Virus record (IMG/VR): IMGVR_UViG_3300012346_000262
Location: 1 to 37,753 of that record
Origin: a virus
Direction: 5' to 3' (one strand)
Length of the DNA stretch: 37,753 nt
Shown piece by piece: positions 23,351 through 32,213 of the stretch. Each line of letters begins with the position of its first letter. The stretch's first letter is position 1. The notes beneath the pieces are model-generated. The model ran no database searches and was not told the DNA's origin. It saw nothing but the letters and a program-made list of their open reading frames with translations. A program made the translations under genes and the position numbers.

Positions 23351-24520
23351 TTAGTTGTTGTGGTAGCGAACTGCAAACTGTGGACGCAAGGTCTTGTAGC
23401 CGTACAAAATATCAACACGGCAAGGGAGTTTGTCGTTGTTGATATCGTACTGGCGAACCACACGCATAGAGATGCCGTCAAGGGTTTGACGCGAAGAGAA
23501 GTCCACGCCTTGAGGCATAACCAAATCAGCCGTTGCAAACGCGAAGGCTTCTTTTTGGAACAGCAACGAGGTTTGAACCGTGGTGGATGCCGTGCCTTGG
23601 AACGTGATAGCAGCGTTATCGGCTGGGCCAGCGTTGACGTTCTGAGTTGCGCCAGATGTCACGATTGCAGGGCTGATAGACCACGCGGTAGTGGTGGCGC
23701 CAGAGCCAACAGTGAACTGTTGCAGAACGCCGGTAGAGACTTTCGTCTCAGGGTGAACAGCAAACACGTTTGCAATGGTGAACACATCACCAGCCGAAGG
23801 AGCGCCAGTGCCGGTATCCACGTTCAACGTAGAGCCGGTTTGCGAACCGCCTTGGATGAGGTAGTTCACAGCAGCGCTGCGAGCGTGAGCAGGCATCAAG
23901 GTGTTTTCAGACCAATCAAAGCCAGCAGCGCGACCCATGTAGCCCTCTTTGTACTGATCTGCAAGGCTCTTGGCATCTTGGAACAGCGTCTTTGTGTCTT
24001 TCACCACATCAGCCATTGCCAGAGAGTCCATCAAAGCGGTGCGATCATTAGCAGGGGCTAGGGCGCGTTGCAGCAGTACGCGAGCGTCCAATGCTTTGTT
24101 ATAGGTAGCAGCAGAGCCGCCATTCCAAACAGAGTTGTAAACGTCTTTGTACATGCTCAGAGCATCGGCTTCGACGTTTGCAGCCAAAACAGTCATTGCG
24201 GGTTCAATGATGCGCTTGCTGAAGTCGTCAATCGAGAGGGTAAGCTCTGCGGTAGAAAAGTTCATACCGACGTGCTTTTGCGTCGAGACTTGCATGGTCA
24301 CGCTAGATTCGGTCGTATCTTGCGTGGTCAGTGTCGCGCCGTTGGTCACGGTGTATTGGTTAGGCAAGCGAATTTTCAGCGAATCGCCGATTTTCGCGCC
24401 GGACTTGGCATAAGAATCGTCATATTGACGAACGATATTGCCAACGAAGTTGAGTTTTTGATGCAGGATTCGGAGAGATTCGCGAGTCACTGCGGTAGGG
24501 GTAAGTAGAGTATTAGGCAT
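23351..24520 (-). CDS. major capsid protein, P22 coat (gp5)-like family
   Basis: N-terminus 'LLTPTAVTRESLRILHQKLNFVGNIVRQYDDSYAKSGAKIGDSLKIRLPNQY' is typical of P22-coat-family proteins. It follows the scaffold gene and is followed by a terminator. Confidence 0.8.
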   Translation of the reverse strand: MPNTLLTPTAVTRESLRILHQKLNFVGNIVRQYDDSYAKSGAKIGDSLKIRLPNQYTVTNGATLTTQDTTESSVTMQVSTQKHVGMNFSTAELTLSIDDFSKRIIEPAMTVLAANVEADALSMYKDVYNSVWNGGSAATYNKALDARVLLQRALAPANDRTALMDSLAMADVVKDTKTLFQDAKSLADQYKEGYMGRAAGFDWSENTLMPAHARSAAVNYLIQGGSQTGSTLNVDTGTGAPSAGDVFTIANVFAVHPETKVSTGVLQQFTVGSGATTTAWSISPAIVTSGATQNVNAGPADNAAITFQGTASTTVQTSLLFQKEAFAFATADLVMPQGVDFSSRQTLDGISMRVVRQYDINNDKLPCRVDILYGYKTLRPQFAVRYHNN

Positions 24521-24538
24521 GATGGTTTCCTTAAAGGG

Positions 24539-25393
24539 TTAACGAGATTTCTTGAGAGTTGAATTTCGCCACTTCACCCATTCCTCAGCGCTCATCCTTT
24601 CGGGGTCTACGGATGCCTTGCCTTTGCTCGTTGATATGCGAGTGACCGGTTTATCCTGCGCTTGCACTGGTTTAGAAGTAGCTTTTTTCCTAGCTTCGTC
24701 ATAGGTGAATGAGCGGTAAAGATCAATCACTGCTGACGGGTTTGTGTTTGCCCTTAGACTTGCTTCCGAGTAGCCTCTCGACATACCGTAGCTAACAAGT
24801 TTTTCAGCCAACTCACGCCCCCAGCCGGGTATTTCACGCTGTAGAACTCGCAGACCTTCACCAACTGACCTTGCAGCTTCTTGCTGTTGCCGCTGTGTAA
24901 ATTCTGTGTGTTTTTGCGCGATGTCTTGCGCGTATTGTTCCCTTTGGGCTTGCAATGTTCGCGCTTGACGATCAAGCTTCATAGCTTGAACTGGGTCAGC
25001 ATCTGCGATCTCATTCCAGTTTAAGTTAGCGAATGCGCTCAACTGTTCGTCGATTGCATGGATTTTCGCTAACGCTGTAATGTTTTCTCGCTGAAACTGC
25101 TCCTGTACCTGAACGCGTTGTGCATAGGCTTCCGCTTGTTTGCGAATCTCTGCGGCCTCTTGAGTCTTTCTTGTGTAGTCAGACTGTCGGAGTAGCGCGT
25201 CTTTTAGTTCTTTTGGAACTCGGTACTGTTTGCCTTCAAACTCGACTTCTTCCTCTTCGCTATCTTCCGCATTGACCTCTTCGGGGTTTGCTTCGTCTAG
25301 TTCCGTGGTTTCAGTGGTTTGCTCTGCGCCTTCTTCAGACTCGGCAGGCGTGGAATTCTCATCGGGAGATTGTTCCAAAGTTTCTTGCAACAT
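24539..25393 (-). CDS. scaffolding protein
   Basis: Acidic N-terminus, long charged helical/coiled-coil sequence, and position immediately upstream of the coat gene. Confidence 0.65.
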   Translation of the reverse strand: MLQETLEQSPDENSTPAESEEGAEQTTETTELDEANPEEVNAEDSEEEEVEFEGKQYRVPKELKDALLRQSDYTRKTQEAAEIRKQAEAYAQRVQVQEQFQRENITALAKIHAIDEQLSAFANLNWNEIADADPVQAMKLDRQARTLQAQREQYAQDIAQKHTEFTQRQQQEAARSVGEGLRVLQREIPGWGRELAEKLVSYGMSRGYSEASLRANTNPSAVIDLYRSFTYDEARKKATSKPVQAQDKPVTRISTSKGKASVDPERMSAEEWVKWRNSTLKKSR

Positions 25394-25436
25394 AGTTGCT
25401 TCCTTTCAGTGTACCACTTTCGTGGCGGGTTGTAAA

Positions 25437-26327
25437 TCAGTCAATATCTGCGACTATTTGCATCATCAAAAATGCAATATCGTCCTCCTCCAAACGCTGC
25501 GCTTTTCGTTCCATATCCAAGATAAATAACCGCACAGATTCCTGAGCGGCAAAGTTATCTTGAGCCTTCCTCATGGCTAGAGACTTCTCAATGGCTGCGT
25601 AGAACTCAACCGATCTACGCAGAGCATCCAACGATGCAAAGTCTTTGATCTTTTCTAGCTCTGTTAAATCACGTTTTCCAACTGCTACGCCTTTTGCAAT
25701 TCTGCGAATAGTGCGCTTAACCTGTTCCTCTAGGTCTTTTTCGGCTTCTTGCTTGCGTTTGCGTAGTTCGTGCGGGTAAGTGAATGGGCCAGAGCCATAT
25801 TCAACATCTTGGTTGTCTGCTACGCCGTTACCCGTTTTTCCTGTGAAAACAAGCCCGCCAGCAATACCAGTTTGAGAGTAACCAACTACGCCGTTACCAT
25901 CTTTTCCAGTGAGCGTTACAACACCCTTAGCACCCAGGGCAACAATCGAGCCTTGACCGCCTTTTCCAGTGAAAAGAATAGAGCCAGCAACGCCGGACTG
26001 TGTGTAGCCGATGACGCCATTACCGTCTTGCCCAGTAATGAGAATTGCGCCTTTTGCGCCCTGAGCTGTGATCGAACCTTGCCCAGCCTTACCAGCGTAA
26101 ACAATCGAGCCTTTTACGCCTGTCTGAGCAATGCCAATAGCACCATTACCAGACTTGCCAGTGTAGAGAATAGAACCCTTTACGCCTATCGCGGTAATTG
26201 AGCCTTGCCCAGCTTTACCGGTAAAGACTACTGAGCCTTTAACGCCGGTTTGATTGACGTTACTACCCGATGCCGCCTGCTCAATAGCGGCTATCGCTGT
26301 TCCGGCTATTGGATAACCGGCTATCAT
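25437..26327 (-). CDS. repeat protein: seven 20-22-aa 'G[VA][KA]G[SA]I..TG[KQ].G[QN]G.I' units plus a charged helical C-terminal domain (296 aa)
   Basis: The repeats are read directly from the ORF-track protein, alternating 20- and 22-aa units (a 42-aa super-repeat). Confidence 0.6.
   Translation of the reverse strand: MIAGYPIAGTAIAAIEQAASGSNVNQTGVKGSVVFTGKAGQGSITAIGVKGSILYTGKSGNGAIGIAQTGVKGSIVYAGKAGQGSITAQGAKGAILITGQDGNGVIGYTQSGVAGSILFTGKGGQGSIVALGAKGVVTLTGKDGNGVVGYSQTGIAGGLVFTGKTGNGVADNQDVEYGSGPFTYPHELRKRKQEAEKDLEEQVKRTIRRIAKGVAVGKRDLTELEKIKDFASLDALRRSVEFYAAIEKSLAMRKAQDNFAAQESVRLFILDMERKAQRLEEDDIAFLMMQIVADID
25800..26260 (-). repeat. coding tandem repeat (about 126-nt super-repeat) inside 25437..26327
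   Basis: Corresponds roughly to aa 24-175 of the repeat protein. Confidence 0.6.
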
Positions 26328-26328
26328 T

Positions 26329-27213
26329 TCACCACCAGCGAATAATTACAAGACCGGGCGCACCATTGCCGCCGTTACCAGATACGCCTGCGGATGCATT
26401 CCCACCGCCACCGCCGCCCGTGCCATACCCGCCGCCATTACCGCCCCGATTTAAGCCAGTGCCAGTGCCGTTAAATCCACCACCACCAGCCCCACCCGTG
26501 CAGACAAATGGGGTTCTTACAAAAATACCATTAGCGCCGGGATTGTCACCGGTAGCACCACCGGCAATCGTTGCGCCCGCGAAGTAGGACAAGCCTGTCA
26601 CCGTTTGTGCGCCACCTGTGCCACCAGTAGAACCACCACCGCCAGAGCCGGGAGATATTGGAAGCGTTGCAAATACGGTTATTGCTGTGCCGTTTGTCGC
26701 AGCCCCAGCACCACCAGCAACGCCAGCGCCACCCAAGCCTCCAGCAGACGTTATCCAGCCAAGCCTAAAGTTTGCAATAGCAGAGGCCACACCCGCCGTG
26801 CCACCTGTGCCAGCGGCAGCGCCACCCGAGCCCGGATTTGTGAACAAAACCACTTCTGTTGCTGTAGTGCTTGGAGAAGCAGATATATAGCTTCCAATGC
26901 CAGCAGACCCTGCGGTATTGTTTGCAGTAGCGCCTAAGCCGCCATTACCAACCGACAAATAAAGCACTTTTGGCAACATTGATACAGGCAAAACTAAGCT
27001 AGTTATTCCGCTTGTCCCGCCACCACCAGCGCCAGAAGTCGCAGCGGCCATATTGGGCCGGCCACCACCGCCGCCGCCGCCAAGCACAAAGAATGAACAC
27101 ATCTGCGCTTCTTTTGGAAACGTAAACGGAACCCAATTAGAGGTATTGTTCGCAGCAAAGCCGGGAATCCATATTTCCCTCGGCCCCATCACTAAGTGAC
27201 GTGCGTCAATCAT
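26329..27213 (-). CDS. glycine-rich domain protein (294 aa)
   Basis: Poly-Gly tracts ('LGGGGGGGRPN', 'GGAGGGGFNGTGTGLNRGGNGGGYGTGGGGGGN') and an ending 'GNGAPGLVIIRWW', as in phage/bacterial glycine-rich-domain proteins. Confidence 0.6.
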   Translation of the reverse strand: MIDARHLVMGPREIWIPGFAANNTSNWVPFTFPKEAQMCSFFVLGGGGGGGRPNMAAATSGAGGGGTSGITSLVLPVSMLPKVLYLSVGNGGLGATANNTAGSAGIGSYISASPSTTATEVVLFTNPGSGGAAAGTGGTAGVASAIANFRLGWITSAGGLGGAGVAGGAGAATNGTAITVFATLPISPGSGGGGSTGGTGGAQTVTGLSYFAGATIAGGATGDNPGANGIFVRTPFVCTGGAGGGGFNGTGTGLNRGGNGGGYGTGGGGGGNASAGVSGNGGNGAPGLVIIRWW

Positions 27214-27389
27214 TCAATGGCCTCTAGGTCGGTTTCGAGCATTTGAGCTTCATAGATTTTTGGCAGCTTTACGGCATTGCCTTTTTCATCTACATAGCCG
27301 ATCAATTCGCTTTCTTCTACCTTTTGCCAAACGTGATACTCAGTGCCTTTTTTCACGTCTCTAACAAGCATCTTGTTAAATGTTGCCAT
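27210..27389 (-). CDS. hypothetical protein (59 aa; below the ORF-track cutoff)
   Basis: Hand translation: MATFNKMLVRDVKKGTEYHVWQKVEESELIGYVDEKGNAVKLPKIYEAQMLETDLEAIE. Its stop overlaps the next ATG (ATGA). Confidence 0.5.
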   Translation of the reverse strand: MATFNKMLVRDVKKGTEYHVWQKVEESELIGYVDEKGNAVKLPKIYEAQMLETDLEAIE

Positions 27390-27391
27390 GA

Positions 27392-27814
27392 TTAGCCTTT
27401 CGTGTATGAACCAGCGTCAACAGAAGCCTGCCAACCCGAAGCCACGGCAGTGCCTAGCGTCATATTGATCTTGTAGCCCGCTTGCATGGCTTGCCCGACA
27501 AGATAGCCAAGCTCCAAAAGTTGCGATGTCGGAGATGCTGTTGTTGCAGGTAATGTGACTTCACCTAGCAGCCAGTTGTTTGTTGCTGTGGCGTTTGTAG
27601 AGCCGTTGTTACCAAAGAACCGCGCTACGCTTGCAACGTTTGTTCCCAGTGGCTTGAGCTTAATCATTCCGACGAAACCGCCATTTGTAGCGTCAGCCGT
27701 GAAAATAGTTGTGACCGTACCAGTGCCATCAACCGCAGTGTTTGAAGCCGTGATGATTGCGCCGTATGACGATACTGGTGTTCCTGTGAAAATTGGGTCT
27801 ATATTTGTTGCCAT
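27392..27814 (-). CDS. hypothetical Thr/Ala/Gly-rich beta-type protein (140 aa)
   Basis: ORF with operon context between portal and scaffold. Confidence 0.55.
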   Translation of the reverse strand: MATNIDPIFTGTPVSSYGAIITASNTAVDGTGTVTTIFTADATNGGFVGMIKLKPLGTNVASVARFFGNNGSTNATATNNWLLGEVTLPATTASPTSQLLELGYLVGQAMQAGYKINMTLGTAVASGWQASVDAGSYTKG

Positions 27815-27817
27815 GTG

Positions 27818-28162
27818 TTACCTCAATCCATAACTAAATGCGAGCATGCGCCCACGAGTAACCATTGATTCTTCTGCTACCGTCAAAAACACATCTTTTG
27901 TGCCTGCACTAAAGTTGACCAGAGCGCCGCTATTGCTTGACGTCAGAACCTGATGCCTGCTGAAAGTAGTTGAGCCAGTTATCTTGCCGCGCCCTACTTC
28001 AAACTCAGTACCAGATTGCCCGCTAATCGTGTAGTCAAATACCGTGTTAGTAGCCAACGTGGAAAACGCGAGATAACCGCTTGCAGGAGTGCCAGAGACA
28101 GTGATATCACCCGTCCCCGTTGTCGTTGACGTGTCGCGGATGCGGTTAGCTATCGTAGGCAT
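27818..28162 (-). CDS. hypothetical Thr/Ser-rich protein (114 aa)
   Basis: ORF with operon context. Confidence 0.55.
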   Translation of the reverse strand: MPTIANRIRDTSTTTGTGDITVSGTPASGYLAFSTLATNTVFDYTISGQSGTEFEVGRGKITGSTTFSRHQVLTSSNSGALVNFSAGTKDVFLTVAEESMVTRGRMLAFSYGLR

Positions 28163-28593
28163 TACGGTGTCTTGGTGATTTCAAAGTGACCATCAGCAGC
28201 CACAGTGAATGTATAACTAGAGCCATCAGGCAGTGATACAGCCGTTCCGTGGTCGTAATATCCAACTAGCTCATCACTTGCCGCTGTGTCGCTGTAAATC
28301 ACGATATAGCGGAATGTTGCCATCGTGCCGCCGCTGGCCGTAAACGAAAAGTCATTAGTATCCCATCGCCACACGCCCGCGCTAGGTTGGGTAAAAGCAA
28401 GCCCAGTAAGAGTTACGCCGCCAGTTGTATAACCGTTTGTGCCTGAAATTTGCGTAATGTTGGCTAATACGGTATTAGTGGCTATGGGCGCGGTATTAGT
28501 TAACGCTGCCTTGAACGTATGCGTATCAAGGTCAATCGTGCCATCTCCGATTTCTCCTGCCGCTGCGTTAAAAAGTGTGAATGTACTAGGCAT
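28162..28593 (-). CDS. hypothetical beta-type protein (143 aa)
   Basis: The ORF overlaps the portal 3' end by 8 nt. Confidence 0.55.
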   Translation of the reverse strand: MPSTFTLFNAAAGEIGDGTIDLDTHTFKAALTNTAPIATNTVLANITQISGTNGYTTGGVTLTGLAFTQPSAGVWRWDTNDFSFTASGGTMATFRYIVIYSDTAASDELVGYYDHGTAVSLPDGSSYTFTVAADGHFEITKTP

Positions 28594-30724
28594 CTGTTAC
28601 CCCTTCTGTAATTGGTTCGTCGATAACAATGCCCTCGTAGATAGCACCAGAAGGCGCTCTGAGCATCATCTTTCTTTGCTTTGGCGTGACTTGCGCAACT
28701 GCAACGGCTTCTTGCGCGTTAGATGCTGCAATATCAGCCTCTACCTGTTTAGTAGGTAGCATTGCTTGCATTCTGCGAGTCTCAGCCTCGTATGCTTTGA
28801 TCTCTGCTTCCTTGGCATTGATCTCCATGTTCTTACGGTCAATCTCCATCTTCATGGCTTCGATTGCCTGAGAGTTGGACTCGTTTTTGAGTTGTTCTTG
28901 TAGCTGTTGAATCTGACCTTGCAGCACTTGGACGGCTTGTTTTGCCTGTTGATCCATAAGCTGCATCTGCTGCGTTGCTTGTTCAAGCTGTGGGTTTTTG
29001 CCTTGCAAGTGCGGCGGTAAGGTAGCCTTGAGACGCTCTGCCAACTCCTCAGCACCCGGCCAATCGAGATTGCGAGCCAATAGATCACCGGCAACTTGTC
29101 CCATCTGTGGGAACGAACGGCTAAACTCGATCATCTGAGCCGCAGCTTCTTGGCGCTTCGTTGCGTAGCTTGGGCCGACTTCACAGGTTGTATCGTATTT
29201 CCCTGCGCCTAGATCGAATATTTTAGCTACTTGCTTTGTCTCTTCGAGTAGCTTGACTAGCTTGCCGTTAGGGTCTAATTGAGCGGGTTCATTACCACCG
29301 ATTCTGACCATCTCGTTAGTGTCATCCTCATGGATAACTCGGATAATCCGCTCAGTGTTGTAAACCTTTGGGATAAGGTCAACAACGATGCGCCCAACAT
29401 GGCGAATAGCGCGGCTCAGGTTGTCGATATAGTTGAACGTAGCCGTATCGCTTTCACGCTGTCTTTGCATGATTGCGCGGCCAGATGTTTCATTAGACCG
29501 TGAGCCTAAAGCAGCATCGTAAATGCCCATTGTGGACTTCATATCGTCCGAAGCATTCAAGGCTTCTTGAAGCACACCAGCCGGAACACCTGCGAAGGGT
29601 TGACGCTGTGGAGCTACGCCGCCGTCATATTCCATGTAAGCGTGGCTTGTCGTGTTTGCCGTTGCCCACTTGTTGCCATCAGTCTTAAACGCACCACGAG
29701 GGCCGATAAAAGGGGCTTTTGGAGCGAGTGCGACTAACTCAGTCGAGGCACTGCGCCAATAGTTGAACATCTGTTGCGGGTCACGCGCCCAGCGAGTTAG
29801 CGAGATAAAGTGCCGCTTACCGTCGATATAGACCTCATCGCCGTACACCGGGACAATGGGGATGTATTTGCCTGCGAAGTCGTTAGTCTCTAAGACTTCT
29901 GCGCCACTCATGATGTACTGAGTGACCTTCCATGTCTTTGATTGTCGCGTACCAACGATGGTGACGCCCTGCATATCCAAAATGTCTTTGATCTTTAGAT
30001 ACTCAGGCTCAAACAAAACCATACCATCGCTGAGTTTTAAGAGAGTCGCGGGTACTTCCTTGCGCTTCCAATACTCAGCCACACGAACAGCATCATCATC
30101 GCGCCAGCCAGCGGGTAAATCCATGTAGGATTGTTGCCAGTCTGATTTCTCTGCGGATTTCCAGCGACTGTTAAATTCTGCCTCGCTGTAAACCTGAGTG
30201 ATAAAGCATTTTGTCCAATCGGATGAATCGGGAGCTACTGAGCGCTCATCACCGTACACACTTAGCGGGTCAACGATTCTATCAATGCAAATATCTTGGT
30301 CAAACTCGTCGTCATTGGTGTAATCGGTACTGATTCGGATATACCCAAAGCCACCTGTCACCGCATTGTCTAGTGCTGTATCGTAGGCAACATCGGCTTG
30401 AGATTGATACTCGATATTCTTAATCAGGCCGTTATAGATCGTGGCCGTTACTTTGTCGGAGTCGCTGCCAACTGGATGCACTTTGATCTGTGGCTTATTC
30501 TGCCTTGCGTCGTTCAACACACTGCGAAGCATCGCAGGCAAACGATTGATTGTGAGGCATGGCCTGCCGTCTAGCTCTCGTTGTTTCTTGACCGCTTCCG
30601 GCCATTGCTCCCCAAGCCTCGCAAAGCGCACATCATCCGCATAATTGATGCGATTGTCAGATTCTGCATCTTCGGAGAGTTTGAACTCTTCGAGCGCATC
30701 CGAGATGATGTCCTTATCGCTCAT
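28586..30724 (-). CDS. portal protein, P22 gp1-like, with a long C-terminal helical region
   Basis: 'KYIPIVPVYGDEVYIDGKRHF' parallels P22 '[20 protein letters not shown]', and 'TCEVGPSYATKRQEAAAQMIEF' parallels '[23 protein letters not shown]'. 712 aa with a Gln-rich coiled C-terminus, directly downstream of terL. Confidence 0.85.
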   Translation of the reverse strand: MSDKDIISDALEEFKLSEDAESDNRINYADDVRFARLGEQWPEAVKKQRELDGRPCLTINRLPAMLRSVLNDARQNKPQIKVHPVGSDSDKVTATIYNGLIKNIEYQSQADVAYDTALDNAVTGGFGYIRISTDYTNDDEFDQDICIDRIVDPLSVYGDERSVAPDSSDWTKCFITQVYSEAEFNSRWKSAEKSDWQQSYMDLPAGWRDDDAVRVAEYWKRKEVPATLLKLSDGMVLFEPEYLKIKDILDMQGVTIVGTRQSKTWKVTQYIMSGAEVLETNDFAGKYIPIVPVYGDEVYIDGKRHFISLTRWARDPQQMFNYWRSASTELVALAPKAPFIGPRGAFKTDGNKWATANTTSHAYMEYDGGVAPQRQPFAGVPAGVLQEALNASDDMKSTMGIYDAALGSRSNETSGRAIMQRQRESDTATFNYIDNLSRAIRHVGRIVVDLIPKVYNTERIIRVIHEDDTNEMVRIGGNEPAQLDPNGKLVKLLEETKQVAKIFDLGAGKYDTTCEVGPSYATKRQEAAAQMIEFSRSFPQMGQVAGDLLARNLDWPGAEELAERLKATLPPHLQGKNPQLEQATQQMQLMDQQAKQAVQVLQGQIQQLQEQLKNESNSQAIEAMKMEIDRKNMEINAKEAEIKAYEAETRRMQAMLPTKQVEADIAASNAQEAVAVAQVTPKQRKMMLRAPSGAIYEGIVIDEPITEGVTDA

Positions 30725-30763
30725 TGCGTTCCTTTTGTGTAGAGTTTACCAAAAATACAACAC

Positions 30764-30778
30764 AGGGTAAACACCTAT
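30764..30778 (+). promoter_or_regulatory. Copy 4 of the conserved motif, oriented antisense to the flanking terL and portal genes
   Basis: + strand reads CACAGGGTAAACACCTATGGACATTATACG in the 70-nt terL-portal gap. On the minus strand a TATAAT hexamer lies just upstream of it. Confidence 0.4.
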
Positions 30779-30794
30779 GGACATTATACGCAAT

Positions 30795-32213
30795 TTATCC
30801 TAACCACGAAACTACTCTATTTTCTGTGCGTTTTGGCTCAATTTCCACCACTGCAAAGCGCTTCATCATCATGGCGTATCGGGTTGCAGAGATCAAATCG
30901 TCGTCTAGCTTGACTATTTTCCCGTCTTTGCGGTGATACATCCTAAATTCTTCAAACCAGTCATTTAAGTGGCTAAACACCTTTAATCTACCAGTTTGCA
31001 TCCTGTCTAGCATTTCCATGATGCCAGCCTCTACGCTATTACCTCCAGAGCCTTCTTTTTCACCATCTTTAGGGGCAAAGGTAGCGCGGTCTGGGAGCAT
31101 GTTCAAGCCTTGCTCTTTGTACTGAGCGGCCAATGTCTCTCCGCTGCCTTTATCGTGCTGTAAACCGTCATGCGGCCATGACCAAGGCAACCAATCACCC
31201 CAAGGCTTTACCGTGGCTGCGAATAATATCGGGGTTTGCTCTTTCTGGCGATGCGCAGAAATAACATAAAGAATGTCTGAATCTCTATCCCATGCCAATC
31301 TAGCCGCAGCGCTTGGATGATCCCATCCAAAGTCAAGCCCTGCAATCTGCGCCCAGTGATTAGGTATTGGGAATGCGTCAACCTTAATAGATTCCTCAGT
31401 AACTGGGAAAATACGCCCACTGCCTAGCGTCGGTATGCCTTTAGTTCTAGCTTCTCGCTCATGCGCAGGGTAACTATTGATGATCTCTTGCCGCTGTTCT
31501 GGCGTGTAATGCTCTGCATCATCAATCGTCATGCTTGTTACACACGTTCCCGGCATTTTGTCTATCAAAAAGCGCTTAACTACCTCGCTCATACCCTTTA
31601 ACGGGGTAAACGTCATGTAAACAATGCCTTTTGTGGCATTAGTTCGCGTCAGAGCCTCGGTGTAGATTTCAGCATCTGGCTCTTCATCAAGCCATACAAA
31701 GTCTAGGGTTTCAGCTTGAAACTTCTCGCGGCCTTGATCGTAGCTCTTAAACCCTAATAGGCTTTCACCAGCCTGCACATCGCCGCCGCCACCCCATTTA
31801 ATCACCATTGTGTCTAAAGCATCAGCCACTCCGCGCTTCATAGACTTATCTTTGATAGCATCCATCGGAATAGCTCCTGTCCCGATAGAGTTGATTCGTC
31901 CAGCCAACACCCTTTGCACCGAATCTCGCGTAACTTCGCTAGTTACACCAGCAGCCCATCCAGCAACGGCCTTATTAAAGGTTTTGCCTTTCCACCAATC
32001 AGGATAGCGCCCAGTCAGGTGCATCGCTGTTTCAAAGCCAGCCGACCATGTTTTACCTAATTGATTGCCCGCCATCAACAGGCGCTCTCTAAAATCCGCG
32101 CCTTTAGCGTGAAACTCCGCTTGTTTTGTGTAAGCCTTGTATAGCCTTAACTGATTGCCATTGATTCGCCTTTGCTTTTCCTCCAGCAAGGCTAACAGTT
32201 CCAGCTTGTCCAT
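30795..32213 (-). CDS. terL: terminase large subunit
   Basis: Walker A-like 'MAGNQLGKT', 472 aa, located between the small terminase and portal genes. Confidence 0.85.
   Translation of the reverse strand: MDKLELLALLEEKQRRINGNQLRLYKAYTKQAEFHAKGADFRERLLMAGNQLGKTWSAGFETAMHLTGRYPDWWKGKTFNKAVAGWAAGVTSEVTRDSVQRVLAGRINSIGTGAIPMDAIKDKSMKRGVADALDTMVIKWGGGGDVQAGESLLGFKSYDQGREKFQAETLDFVWLDEEPDAEIYTEALTRTNATKGIVYMTFTPLKGMSEVVKRFLIDKMPGTCVTSMTIDDAEHYTPEQRQEIINSYPAHEREARTKGIPTLGSGRIFPVTEESIKVDAFPIPNHWAQIAGLDFGWDHPSAAARLAWDRDSDILYVISAHRQKEQTPILFAATVKPWGDWLPWSWPHDGLQHDKGSGETLAAQYKEQGLNMLPDRATFAPKDGEKEGSGGNSVEAGIMEMLDRMQTGRLKVFSHLNDWFEEFRMYHRKDGKIVKLDDDLISATRYAMMMKRFAVVEIEPKRTENRVVSWLG

Noticed and set aside
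23360-24508. Long + strand ORFs (233 aa and 146 aa) opposite the coat gene
   Set aside because: They are antisense to a confidently identified P22-type coat gene. Their Arg-rich, atypical composition is typical of shadow ORFs.
26309-26937. Pro-rich and Cys/Arg-rich + strand ORFs (92, 90 and 110 aa)
   Set aside because: They are the mirror image of the GGN-rich glycine-rich gene on the minus strand (GGN gives NCC = Pro). They are artefactual.
30724-30936. 70-aa + ORF starting next to the antisense motif copy 4
   Set aside because: It lies almost entirely within terL on the opposite strand and has no RBS. I keep it only as a note under the antisense-motif finding.
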